From: the human T2T-CHM13v2.0 reference genome, Homo sapiens
NCBI RefSeq assembly: GCF_009914755.1
Contig: NC_060940.1
Reading direction: 5' to 3' (one strand)
Length of the DNA stretch: 64,000 bases
Part shown: in pieces, positions 47,435 to 62,525 of the stretch
Layout: each line of letters opens with the position of its first letter
Numbering within the stretch: the stretch's first letter is position 1
The notes under the pieces: generated by a model
Databases searched by the model: none
What the model was told of the DNA's origin: nothing
Seen by the model: only the letters and a program-made list of their open reading frames with translations
Position numbers and translations under genes: made by a program

Positions 47435-47558
47435 CAGAGAGAGAATACCTAGAGAGCTGCAACATCGGGGCAAAAATGTATCAGGAATCAGAAGCAACGC
47501 AGAGCTCAGAGAAGTGGGAGAGAATTAGTGCAGCGTAGGAAATTAGCCTTCTTCCTGA

Positions 47559-47911
<353 letters not shown>

Positions 47912-48072
47912 CTGTAATTTGCTGCTTAAAATCCATCCAGAAGCTGAGTGGGTAGGGGGTGAAAACATGGAAAAAGATAAATGAAAATCTAGTGAATGAT
48001 AATGAAGGTTTTATTTATCATCCAATAAATCATTGTCATTAGACTCACCTATGTGAGTCTAGTTTTACAATT

Positions 48073-48452
48073 CTCTGACTGTTCCCTGTCTCACCACTCA
48101 GAGAGCAAGATAACATATCTCTTCTGAAGGATCCCAAAAGTGTGTAATTTGACCACATTGATCATTTACTTCCTTTCCAAAGTGTCACCTCTGTGGGGGA
48201 TGTAGGTTAATGAGATGCGGAGACTTGGACTCTGCTCACAGGTACATGAATTTTTGCGTGAAACACATGGAATGTGCATGGGTTTAGGGTTGAAAAAATC
48301 CTGGTCAATGCCAGGCTCTCTCACCAAATCCCTGTGTGAACTTTAGGCAGTTTGAGCCTCTGGGTCCTTGAGGTGCCATGGAAAGATCTTAGGTAAAGGA
48401 GGTGCTTATTTTTCACTTTAGATACCTATGGTTTTAGAACTATCTTTCTTAA
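48073..48452 (-). repeat. Right arm of the inverted duplication, flanked by a 31-bp direct repeat
   Basis: Flanks ctcacctatgtgagtctagttttacaattctc (48044-48075) and ctcacctatgtgagttagctttaccattctc (48460-48490). Confidence 0.95.
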
Positions 48453-48950
48453 AGACAAGCTCACCTATGTGAGTTAGCTTTACCATTCTCCCCAGCGTCT
48501 GTTTCATTCATGCATTTATTTGTTCAAGCATTTATTGAGCACCTGCTATGTGCCAGGCATTGTCCTCCATGCTAACATTGGTGGCAGGAAAGCACTAAGA
48601 TACAGTAATAAAAATCAGATTTGGTCCTAACTCCAGGCAAATTTTAAATTTCACAGTGGAGCTAAGTAAAATAGGTAGACAAGCCTACATTTTAATTAAA
48701 TTACCTTCCGTTCCATGGCTGGCACGTGACGAGCATATTTTCTGACTGTGCAGGGGGAAATGGGCTGTGTTATATGTGCAAGTTCCACTCTCCTCTGGCA
48801 GGCTTCTTAATCCATGTTTGAGGGCAGTCAGGATTAAATGAAATTATGGGAACAAAAAACGAAAAATGCAAAAAAAAAAAAAGTTTTAATTGGCTTACTC
48901 TGATCTTCCTGCTGTGATTGTATCAACGAGTTGGCAGCTTGTCAGTTGCA

Positions 48951-48963
48951 GTTGCCAGGCAAC
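48951..48963. promoter_or_regulatory. RFX X-box
   Basis: GTTGCCAGGCAAC: perfect GTTGCC-N-GGCAAC palindrome in unique sequence. Confidence 0.55.
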
Positions 48964-49482
48964 TCTGAGCGGTAAGGCGAACGTGTCAGCCTGTGTTTCC
49001 CATCTTGTTTGAGTCTCCCAGTGTCTGGGACTGACGTCTGGTTCTACCTGACCCTCCACAGGGGTCTGGGATGCTCCACGCAGCCCCATGAATAAGCCTC
49101 TGACCTGCTGCTCAAAGCTGCCTCATGGGGAAGTAATTGATAAAACTTCAGCCCTTATTCAACAACTTAGCTCTCTAACTGTGACCTTGCTGGAATGGCC
49201 CCAGGGACCCTGTCTGAGTCTTCCCAGCCCCTCAGGTACATCAGCAGAACAGGTGTGAAGGCAGAGACAGGAGAAACAGAATGCCTGCATCCTCCTCCCC
49301 TGGTGAGCTACACATACTTGGAAGCCCCATTCTGATGTCGTCTTTCCTATTCACACTCATCGAGCCCACAGAGAATGGGCTTTGCAGTCAGACCTAGCTG
49401 GGTCCATCTGTTACATACAAGCCATGCAACTTTAAAGCATATTCTTAGCCCCGCTGTGCCTCTGTTTTCTCATCTCTAAAGT

Positions 49483-49768
49483 GGAGCTGAGGTGGAAAGG
49501 TCCTTGAGCCTAGGCGTTTGAGACCAGCCTGGGCAACACAGCAAGATCCTGTCTCTACAAAAAAATAAAATAAAACAAAAATTAGCTGGGTATAGTGGTG
49601 TGCACCTGTAATCCCAGATACTGGGGAGGCTAAGGCAGGAGGATCACCTGAGCCCAGGATTTCAAGACTGAGGTGAGCTATGATCACCCTCTTCACTCCA
49701 GCCTTGGCAACAGAGTGAGATCTCATCTCAAAACAAAACAAAACAAAACAAATGAAAAAAAATAAATA
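49483..49768 (+). mobile_element. 5'-truncated AluJ inside a MIR
   Basis: TSD taaagtggagct; MIR sequence on both sides (49370-49890). Confidence 0.85.
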
Positions 49769-50289
49769 AAGTGGAGCTAACACTACTTCTATCCCAGGGT
49801 GTTGATGAAGTTTTACTGAATAAAAACAAATGTAAAATGCTTAGTTCAATGCTAGCATATAGTTAGTGCTCCACATTTTAGCAACTGTTATCCAGGCATC
49901 CATGAAGAACTTTGAGGCATTTGTAGAATCCCGGAGCTGAAAAGGAAGTTAGCTAGTGATTGCTGAGTCTCCTCATACCTTAAGTCAGGAATCTGAGACC
50001 CAGAGAATCAAGAGTGTTGTACCCAAAGCCATGTCATGGGGATTGAAACTCAGGGCTCAGTTGCCACCACAAAACTTTGCCAGGATTGGGTACAAAAAAG
50101 AATCCTCCTGTATTAAACATATCTTGCAGGCAATGGGTAATAGTATTTGTGTTGAGTAATCAGAGAGGCACTCAACGGACACAGCTACCCAGAAGACAGC
50201 CTGTTTGGTCTGAGAAAGTATCATGTGCTTCAGACAGGGCCGTGTCTCACAGAAGATGTCTGGTTATTTCCCTGCTGGCTGAGAGAAGA

Positions 50290-50790
50290 TGATCCACCCA
50301 CTTTACCATGGCATCCAAGATGTTTCTTGACCTGGCTATGGCTCCCACTGCCGTCCAATTCCCCTCCTCCCCATTCATCTTCCTGTTGATCCTCAGACGT
50401 GCCAGGGAGGGTCCTGCCTCAGGGCCTTTGCATGAGCTGTTCCCCTTGTTTGGAACACAGATATCCATACGGCTCCCTCCTTCACGTGCTTCAAGTTGTT
50501 GCTCAAAGATCATGCCCTCATGGAGGCCTTTCATGAGTTTCTTATTTAATACTGCCACCCTCTCAAGCACTTTCTCTCCTCTTTCCCTGATTTTCCTTAA
50601 AGGACTTGTCACCACCTGCCTCACTGCCTATGTGTTTGCTTGTCGGTCATGCCTGATTGTAGAGGCAGGCCCCACCTTTACACTCTAAGCTCCATGAGGG
50701 CACAGATTTTTTGCATTTGGTTCATTGCCGTATTCCCAGTGCCTAGAACTGCACCTGGCACACATTAGGTGCTCAATAAACATTTCTGGA
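50290..50790 (+). mobile_element. L2 3' fragment
   Basis: cctgcctcagggcctttgca...ctaagctccatgagggca...gcacctggcacacattaggtgctcaataaac. Confidence 0.85.
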
Positions 50791-50867
50791 ATACATAGAA
50801 ACCTCTCTCTGTGAGGTTTCCTCTGCCCTGCACCTGCCCCATGTTCATTGTCCTTACCCCTACTCAC

Positions 50868-51049
50868 CCTTCATGAGGCAGCAACAAGCGTACCCTCCTT
50901 TGAGAAGACGTCTGTCCTCACCTCCTCCAACTGGAATGGAGACCTTGCCATGTGCCTCCATAGAATCCTGCACCTCCTTCCAGAAGGGCAGCCATCAAAT
51001 TGTTGCAATAACTAATTTGCCTGGTATCCCACCAGAAGCTTGGCCTGTT
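50868..51049 (-). other. Candidate 182-nt minus-strand exon
   Basis: Acceptor cttctttttctttcactgcccctctaattgtag|A and donor AGG|GTGAGT. Confidence 0.35.
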
Positions 51050-51319
51050 CTACAATTAGAGGGGCAGTGAAAGAAAAAGAAGTCTTCCTCTGATTAACTT
51101 CTCTGGCTGGTTGTCAGAGACCAAGCTTCCTGCCTCCCATTCCCTGCCCCAATCCCAAAACATTTCCCTCTAGACTGAGCCACTTCAGGGCAGGGCTTCA
51201 TGTCATCCATCTTTATATTCCCAGCATACAGTGCAGCTCCTGACATGGCATAAGGGCACAGCGCTGTTGCTCAAATAACAATAGTCAGGGCTCACCTTGA
51301 GCCATGAAATTGGCCTATA

Positions 51320-51500
51320 AGGGCTTCCCAACCTTGGCACTTGAGACGTTTGAAATGGGAATTCTTTGTTGTAGGGGGTTGTCCTGTGCCTTGGAAAATG
51401 TTTAGCAGCATCGACCTCAACCCATATGCCGAAAATACACACACCAATTTTGCAACCAAAACATCTGCAGACATTAGCAAATGTCCCTTGGGGGCCACAC
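51320..51500 (-). mobile_element. MER20
   Basis: tgtttagcagcatc...caaccaaaacatctgcagacattagcaaatgtcccttgggg. Confidence 0.75.
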
Positions 51501-52066
51501 TTGTCTTCAGTTTACTGTGAATTAATTCATTAAATCCTCACAGCAATGCTATAAGGGGGTACTGTTATGAAATCTAGATTACAAATAAGTGAGGCTCAGA
51601 GAGGTTAGGCAACTCACTGAACATCACACAGCTAGGAACTGGCTGAATCAGGATATAAACTGGGCAGTCTGACTCCAAAGTTTAGGCAATTAACCTAATG
51701 AATTAATGTCAGGAGTCGGGTGGGGAATGGGGATGGTGTGTTTATTACATGCAGGCACTATTTTTAGTTTTTAAATGGATTGCCTCATTTAATTGTGTCT
51801 AGCCTTTAACACAGTCATTGTTATTTCTAACATTGTACAGAGGAGGGAATTGAGGCACAGAAAGCACCTGCCAACTGGAGGCAGAGCGGCCAGAATTCAA
51901 GCCCACGCAGTATGACTCTAAAGCTTACGGTGGTGGGAGGTGGGGGGCTGTTTCCACTCTGCTCCAATTCTGCACAAAGTCATGCTGCCCTTTACTCAGC
52001 TTTCCCTGCCAGGACAGCCTGGCACAGTCCCTGTGTTCCCTCTGAAATAGCTTCACTGCTACTCAC

Positions 52067-52312
52067 TCTCAGTGGGCCTGACTCCCGGGGCACCGAGCCC
52101 TGAGGGTCACGATGAGTGCTTTCAAGTTCCAAAGCGGTCTTATACACAAAGCCAACCGCACCGGGGGAAACTGCCAGAGGCTTCCCCAGGGTTGGGACTT
52201 CCAAAGTGGGGGCAGTCTTTGTCTTCAACCAAACCAGGCTTCACAGAAAAGCACGAGGAGAGCCCAGAGGGGAGATCTTAGGGGTGTTTTCAGAATATCA
52301 TGAAAGTCTTCT
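52067..52312 (-). other. Candidate 246-nt minus-strand non-coding exon
   Basis: Acceptor ttctctc(t)n gtcag|A and donor AGA|GTGAGT; CpG-retaining; stops in all three frames. Confidence 0.35.
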
Positions 52313-52759
52313 CTGACAAAAAAAAAAAAGAGAGAACTATGAGCACCTTCCCCAATCCCCTCCCTTTCAGTAGTTACCGAAGCAGAGATGGTGTGTGTTT
52401 CAGAGGCATCTCCTGACATGATTGCCCTGATGTTTACAATAATGATCAGATCATTTTCCCACAGCCATTTCATCCAATGAGCCCAAATAGGATTACTGAG
52501 AAATTGCAAGGTCTTGCAGGAAATTTCTCTTCTGACCTTGGGCATTGTTAGGATGACTCACAGGAAGCAAGATCCCCTTTCATTGTTAGGGAGGACAATT
52601 CTGCAGCCTCTTCTCCAAACAGGGTGATCCCAAAGTGGTAAGGAAGAGACATTCTGAATGGCAATCATTTATCACCTGTGCACCCAGACACAACCACCCA
52701 CTGTGCCCACATGATGGGGAGACATGGCGTGTGACTGTTTCTGTGAGTCTCCACTGTGA

Positions 52760-53173
<414 letters not shown>

Positions 53174-56100
53174 TTAAGACTTTTCTTCTTAAAAACACAG
53201 CTTGATAAGTAGATGAGGATAGTGAAGACCATATGAGAAAAGAAGGATGAGGGCAGATTTGTACTGTCAGATACCGAAATGCACACTTTAGGTACAATAA
53301 TTGTAATGATAAATATGTATGGGCAAGAATTGGCAAAAGGATCAATGAACTAACATATATAGCTCCAAAACAAATAGTACACATTCTTTCTTTCTATCCC
53401 TTCTTTCTTCTACACCTGCACGCACATACATGGGCACACACATGTACACAATAAGTTCAGCACTGTAAATCAATAGGAAGAGGAAGATTCATCCATCAGA
53501 TCAATTAATGTACCCTTGGGAAAACATAAATCACTCTAGGTATTTCAAACAGTAGGGACTTTAATACAGGGAATTGATTACAAATGTGTAGAAAAATAAG
53601 AGGAGCAAAGTAGAGATTGCCCAGGGATTAACACCTGTAGGAAGCCAGTACATTCTCTAGAGCTGGATGATGAAAAGAGGTATTATCAAGAAGTCACGAG
53701 TTTACAATACTGCTGATGCTGTCGCCAGAAGCAGAAAAACAGTTTCTACACTTTTCCCATTTGTGAATCTCATGTGATCGACCCCACTGGTCACCATCGA
53801 CCCATACCCAGCCGCCAAGGAACTCTGGAGATATAGTTTTCAGGTTCCCCGCTGTGGTGTAGAGTGGAATAGACATAAGGACAGGCATAGGGCTGAGATT
53901 TGACAGACCATGTTTGGCAAAGAGGATTTATTTGATAATGCTACAGAAGGCAGTGAGCTGGTAACTGAGCAAAAACAAACATTTTCGCTTCTTGCTGTAA
54001 AGCAAAATCAATCCCAAGTTGTGCAAAGGGTTAAACATACACACCAATATTCAAAGACAGAAAGGAAAAGAACAGCAAAACAGAAAAATATGAGGAAAAT
54101 GTTATGATTTAAGGGTGACCAATAACTTTCTAAATATTGAGGCAATGAAAAAGTTATGAAAGAAAAAAATTATATATTAGAATAAAAATAATTTCTAATG
54201 GTAAGAGAGATGATTACGAATCAAGTAATCTGGAAGGCAGATTTACAATATATATTAAAATGAGCTTAAAACCCAATGTATTACCAAATAAAGATGAAAC
54301 TGTAAACACCAGTAATTCTACTGGAGAAACATGTGCATACAATGGAATACTATGAAGCAGGGAACAGGATAAATTTTAGTATAAACATTAACATGCATGA
54401 ATCTTAATAACAATTTTGGGTGAAGTAAATCACAGAAGAATACTTATAGCACTGTGCCATTTATGTAAGTTCACAAACATACAAGATAAACTTCGTTGCT
54501 TACAGATGCATGAATATGTATTAAAACTAAAAAATCAAGAAAACAATGACCACAAATGTCAGAACTGTAGCTATACCAGAAGGCGGGAGGAAAATAGTTA
54601 AGAGAGATATCCAGGAGATTTCTAAGGTACAGAAATGCTCTATTTCCTTAGCTGAGTGGTACATAGATTAATATTTACTAATTATTATTTAAATTATATG
54701 TACACATATTTATTTTGATATGTGTCAAAATAAAACTGAAAAACAAAAAATACAGACATAAAGAAAAATTTAAACCATGAGGTAATTTGAATCAATAATC
54801 AACAATATTTTGGATCAAAGAACCGTAAATTTAAATAATGAGATGAAAATTGATTAATAATCAAATTAACAGAGATTCTAGATCTCATAATTCTCACTGT
54901 TAGCATGAGTGCGATGAAAAATCCTATTCTCTTGGTGGGGGTATAACTCGGTTAAACATTTTGGGAAAGCAATTTGGCAGTGCCTATCAGAAGAATTTTT
55001 AAATGTCCATGCCTTAGGGAAATGGCTTGAAATTCGAATAAAGTTTTTATGGCTAAAATCATGGTCATTTTAGTGTTTCTATAATAGTGAGAAATTTAGA
55101 AACATTATGGAAGTAAGTAAATCATGATAGATATAATGAAACATTACCCAGCATTTAATGATGATTACAAAGAGATTGTCATTATCACAGGGAAATGCTT
55201 ATGTCACATTATTTAGTGAGAAGAGCAAACTGCAAAACTTTATACCCAATATGATCTCATCTATTAAAGAAAAACAAGCATACTGGAAGGGTATTTTCTT
55301 TCCACACAGTCATGTTACATTGCATTTCAGCTTTTAGCTTGGCATTATTCCAAGAACATTCTCTCATGGCGAGGAGATGGGAGGTTAGGTCATTTCCAAC
55401 GACCATTCTTCATTTCTCTCCTGACTTACATAGTGATAGAGAAAGAGGAACTAACAGTTATTTCGTGTTGTCTTGGGCACCATGTTACTCCTACATATTA
55501 TCCGTGTGAGATAGAAAATATCACTCCCATATGAATGTTGGAGAAACGGAGTGGGCTTAAGGCACCTGCTTAAGAGCACACAGCTAGTAAATGGCAAGGT
55601 GGTACGTCTGATTCCTAAACTGTTTCTGTAAACTCCCTTCCTTCCCATACGGTAGAACCCCTGAGACAAGCCTCTGGGATATCACAGCCTTAATAACTTG
55701 GCTCAGAAATCAGTCTGCCTGGGCTGAGATACTGCCTCTACTTACTAGCTATGAGACTTCAGGTAAATTTTATTTAATTTCTCTGGGCCTCAGTTTCTGC
55801 ATCAGTAGAATGAGAATAATAATGCCTTCCTTATAAGATAAGATGCATGTAAAATGCTTAGGAAAGTTCCAGGCACTCAGTAGAAGTTAGCCAACATTGC
55901 TGTCTCTAATAGGGTCTGAGTAAATAATGACTTGTTTGAGGTTATTTACACTCTCACTTGCCCAGAGTCTCCTGGGGAATACCATCAGCGATGTTCTGGT
56001 CCAAGACATAATTTCACAGATGGGGACACCGAAGACCAGAAAGGTGAAGTGAGTAAGCCAGTCCACCCAGTGGTAAGTGATCGGGGGTGGTCCTGACTAT

Positions 56101-56438
56101 TACTGCATATTCTTTCCATCAATGTACAGCATTTCCCTGACTGTCACCCCCTGTGACCAGATGCCAGGAGGACCAGACCACAACCTTGAAAAACACAGCC
56201 ATCTCTTCATGCACACACTATTATTTATGTATATATTATCATTTGCTTTCTCAACAACCCTGGGAGGTGAGCAAGGTGTTTCTCCTTGGTCCCATAAGGA
56301 ACTGAGGCAGGAACCTCAGAGTTCTTTGCACAACATCATGGAACCTCCAAGAGTTTTGTGTCTTGGCTGCATTAGATGACCAAATTCAGATCTGTTTCTT
56401 ATAGGCAGGAAAGAAGTTGGGCTGGTGAATTTTCCTGA

Positions 56439-56912
<474 letters not shown>

Positions 56913-57069
56913 TGACAGAGGTTAGGCCAGTGGGACAGAAGTGATGCCATCCTTCTTCTTCCCAACATCACCCCTGCTGTCTACAGCCTTGAGGTTACAA
57001 TTCCTGCCTTACTTATGCGTGATGTTAGCCTGTGATGCTTTCTGATGCCTGACAGCAACCAAAACTCCC

Positions 57070-57680
57070 ATGAGCTTGTGGTGGGGGTATAAATTGGGAA
57101 AAAATCCTTGCAATGTCTCCTAAGGCTAAGCGTACACCTCCCTATGATCTAGCAGTTCCACTCCTAGGCATATACTCAAGTGAAAGAAGTGTTTATGTTC
57201 ATCCAAAGATATTGATGAATGTGTTTATGACTGCTTTATTAACACAGGCAAAATTGCAAGAAACCTAAATGTTCAACAATAGGAAAATGGATAAATAAAT
57301 TAAGGCAATATTTATTCAATAGAATTTTGTGCAGCAGTAAAAAAAAGTGAAGTACAGCTTCATGCAACAGTGTGGATGAATCTTGCAAATATAATGATGA
57401 GAAAAATAAGGCAGAAACAAAAGAACACATACTGTAGAATTCCATTTATATAAAGTTCAAGAACAGGTAAAACCATTCTGTTGTGCTAGAAGTTGAATAG
57501 TGTTTACTGTTGTGGGCAAGGCTCTACTGATTATTAAGGGAGGAAAACTTCTGGGGTGATAGAAGTGTTCTGTTTCTTGACCTTGAATGGAGGTTCTATG
57601 GATGTAACATGTGAAAATTCATTATGCTTTACATTTTAAAAATGTGCACTTTGCTCTATGTATATACAATCTTTAAAAAA
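57070..57680 (+). mobile_element. L1ME/MB-type 3' fragment
   Basis: agcagttccactcctaggcatatac, aacctaaatgttcaacaatagg, gatgaatcttgcaaatataat. Confidence 0.75.
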
Positions 57681-58146
57681 ACAAATCCTGCCAGCTGGAT
57701 CACTAAGGATTCATTCACCAAGAACTCAGAATAATCCCTAAGCAAAAACCCCTAAGATAAGCTTATCTTTTAAGTCAATCAGTGGATTCTGTATATACCA
57801 AGTGAATTTTTCTTTCTCTAAGACCCAACCTAGCCTGGGATACATCTCTCTTCTCAGAGGTGTTGCTGTCATTGTACTCCCTGAGCTGCTGCTGTGTGTG
57901 TCTGTCTGCCCCTCAGACCACATGCCCCAAGAGCAGAGACTATGCACCATTCATTGCCTTTCCCCAGTATGTAGCACAGCGCCTGGCTTAGACATGCAGT
58001 AACTATTGATGGGGTGTATGAAGGAGTGAATGCACAAAAGAATGAATGAACACGGCACACACAAATATGATCTATGACCACAATCTAGAAAGCTCCTGCG
58101 GGGCTGTGAGCTGTGGAATCATTCTTTAGGCAGCATGATATGAGCC

Positions 58147-58372
58147 AGTGGTTCTCACCCTGGGGAAATTTTGTACCACAGGGGTCATTTGGCAATGTCC
58201 AGAGTTAATTTTGGTGACCACAACTGGGGATGGGAGGTGATGGTATTCTACCTGGAATAATGCTAAATAGCCTACAATGCACAGGAAAGCACACCTCTTA
58301 CACACACACACACACACACACACGAGTCATCCAGCTCAAAATGTCAGTAGTGCAAAGATTGAGAAAACCCTG
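58147..58372 (+). mobile_element. MER20 containing (CA)n
   Basis: cagtggttctcaccctgggg...catttggcaatgtccagag...aaaatgtcagtagtgcaaagattgagaaa. Confidence 0.85.
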
Positions 58373-59216
58373 ATATAGAGGAACAGGAGCTAAACGCAGG
58401 AAGAAAGCCTTGAGTTCAAATGTTAATTGCCTACTTATTAGCTGTGTGACCCTGGGTAAGTTGCAAAACCTCTCAGATCTTTCTCCTTTGCACTAATAGG
58501 GCTGATCCCTACCTTAAAAGTAGATGAGAGGATTAAATGAGCTAAACTATGTGAAGTGCCTGGCTCAAAACAGGAGCCCAGTGAGACTTAGAGACCTTCT
58601 CCCAGGAGCCCAAGAGACTTTCTCTTCTCCACTCTGTTTCTGATCCCCCTTCCCCAGAGCCATAAATGGGCAATTTTTAGTAAGAAAAACAGCTGTCAAG
58701 CATTGCTGCTTCTTCCTCTGCTTAAGAAACTATTGAAGAGCAAGGCTGCCTGTGAAGAATGCATTTTATTTGCCAGGTACATCAATAGCCCCTGTTCCTA
58801 ATGAAATGCGTTATTAATAGATAAAGTCAACATATTCAGAACTCAGGCCCACGTTGCATCCCAATGTAATCTGCCATTCTCCCTGCCTTGCAGGTGTCCT
58901 CTAAGCCTGCCTCTGAAAAACCGATTCTGATTTTCCCCACTTTCCCTCGCTTTTCTCTAAGCCCCAACAAACACAATGAGTTCCCAAGAGATACAGAGAA
59001 ACGTCACACACAATACTAGCACTGTGTGCAGGTGGCAGAGACATCGTGAAGAAAGAACCCAGCCTTGTTCTTTGCAAATGGGAAGTAGAATTTCCCGCAG
59101 GGCTCAATCTAAGGCTTGCTACATTTGTTCCTTCCTCCCCTTTATGTATTTATGAGAGCGGCCGGCCCCTAGGCAATCCTAAGGTGGATGCTTCTGGGTG
59201 CTGATTACGATGACGT

Positions 59217-59237
59217 TTTGCTGTCCTTGGTGCTGAA
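59217..59237 (-). promoter_or_regulatory. RE1/NRSE (REST binding site)
   Basis: Minus strand TTCAGCACCAAGGACAGCAAA vs consensus TTCAGCACCACGGACAGCGCC; both half-sites intact with canonical spacing. Confidence 0.75.
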
Positions 59238-59689
59238 AAAGTCTTCAAGTGCTAAGGATTATGCTTTTCCATTACTCATATTGGCCAGGGACTATAAAAT
59301 GGGCATTAATATACATGTTAACATTATTTAGCAAATGCTTAGTATAGAACATTTGGGAAACACACAGAATGAAAACAACAAAAATAATTAGTATTTACTG
59401 AGAGCATGCTACTTTTCAGGCATCATTATTGACTTCATCTTGTGAGCTATGTATTACATATTCCCTATTTTTCAGATGAGGAAAACTGAGGCAAGAACAG
59501 TCCCATTCACATGAACTTTCAGTGACAGCCACATCAACAACATAAGAACACCTGGGCTCCTACAAAGACCAATTGCACTACCGGCTCTGGCTCCAGTCTT
59601 TCTTCATCTTCTCCACAACTTGGTTTGTCTTGGCCCCCACACGTACCTTTCCCTCTCCTGAACCATCATCTCCAGTCTTTCTACTATGC

Positions 59690-60600
59690 CATTTTCTCAC
59701 TGGCACACAAATATGCCTCAGGATTTCTCATCTTACAGAGAAGACACAAGACTCTTGGCCATCACATCCAAACCTCGAATAACTTTCTCATTCATTTCCT
59801 CCTTTTCAAGGAGAAGTTCCTTGAATGAGTGGTTTTTAGTCCTTTTTTCTAGGTTTACACCTTCCATTTTATATTATTTCCTCAAATCACCACCACCCCC
59901 CGAAATGGACCAAGTCAAAATCAACAGTGATCATCCCATTAACAAATCCTATGGTTGCTTCTTTGAGCACTTGTTTTAGTTCCCAGCAAATCTGACATCA
60001 ATAACTACTCCCTTCTTCTTAAACTACTTACTTTTTTTCTCTTTACCATTGTGTCACCACAAAATCCTAGTTTTCCTCCTAACTTCATGGCCCAGATTCT
60101 CAGTCCTTTTCCTGGACCTTTCTCTTCCACTCCCCTTAAAATACTTTGTCCCAGGGCTCAGTTTTGGGAAGCCTTCACTTTTCCAACTCTACTCCTCTTC
60201 CAGTGAGCAATCTCATCCATTCCCATGGCTTTAAAAACCATCCATATGTTGATGCTTGCTAAGTTTTTATCTCCAGGTTGAGGCAATTGTATATATCTCC
60301 AGGCAATCATTCAATTGTCTCTCCAGTCACTACTTGGATGTCTTATAATCTCAAACATCACAAAATTAAAAAGTACTTTTGACGTTCCCCCCAAAATCAC
60401 CTCCTACCCTAGTCTTCCCCAACTCAGAAAATGCCACAACTTAGTTTCTCAAACCAAAATCCTAGGAATCATCTTTTATTTCCCCTCATGGTTCACAACC
60501 AATCCTCCAATCAAGTTCCACAGACTTAACCTACAAAATATACCCCAATGTCATCCACTTCTTTCCATCTCCCATGCCACTACCCTAGCATCTCCACCCT
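59690..60600 (+). mobile_element. L2 fragment(s)
   Basis: tctcatccattcccatggctttaaaaaccatccatatgttgatg, cttggatgtcttataatctcaaac, accaaaatcctaggaatcatc. Confidence 0.75.
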
Positions 60601-60673
60601 CTCTTCCCAGGATTTTTAGGAAGCCTCGTTTTTCCAATTTGAGCTTTGATTGAGTAGGTAGTACACATATTCA

Positions 60674-61045
<372 letters not shown>

Positions 61046-62118
61046 TTACACTTCACAGGTAACCAAATTTTCACTTCATTTTTAAAGGCTCCTTCAAGAG
61101 TCTTTATGGAAATACAAAATGTCCATTCCTCCTGTGTTTTTACAGAATTGTTAAAACATCACGCATTCTATTCTGTTTCTTGCTCCTTTCACTTTGCCCT
61201 ACATCTTGGAGATCTTCCCACATAGATGTTGAAGAGAACATTCTCTTTAGTTGCTTAGCATTCCATCATGTGGCTGTGACAACATTTATTTCACTGGTAA
61301 TCTATCCTTTGACAATTGGGTTGTTTCCAATATTTTTCTATTTCAAATGATACTGCAATGCTCTTGTATATACTATTCTCATACATGCCATTATATCTGC
61401 ATTATAAATTACCAGAAGATTATGGAATCAAAGGAAACATGCAAAAACCACTTAACTGATTTCTCTGTTTCCACTCTTGACTTCTACATTACATTTCCAA
61501 GGGCATCTACAGTGGTGTTTTTCAAAATATAAATCACATTAGTCTGCTCCCCAGCTCAAAGCCCTCCAGTGGCTTTCTGCTGCATGTATATGGATTTAAA
61601 TGCCTGATTTTAGTCTCCAATATCTACTTTTTTTGCACTTTACCTACTTGGCCACTCATCAGGCTCCAGCAATTTGTTATATTTCTAGAGCACACCTAAC
61701 TCTCCTTGCCTTGACACTTGCTCATCCCTCTACCTGGCACACTCTTCAACCAGATCTTTACATTTTCCCTTTCTATCAACCAGATCTTTACATTTCCCCC
61801 CCGCCCCCCATCTTCGGATCAGCTTAAATATCACCTCCTCAGGAAGGCTTCCATGATACATCATCTGAAGCCCTCCACCCTCACCCTCACTGCTGATTCT
61901 ATTCCAGTATATCATTGTGTTTTATTTTCTTTATTGCTCTTCCTCTTTCTATCCCAAGCCCTTAAAACAGTGTCTGATAACAAATGTTTGTTGAATTAGT
62001 GACTTAACATCTCAGTAAATTTACTTCCAGCATCTTTCCAAAAAGATATTTTTTACATAGGTGAGATGAAATAATGCAAATAATTTTCTTTCCTTTTATC
62101 ATCTAGTGTTATATTTAA

Positions 62119-62525
<407 letters not shown>

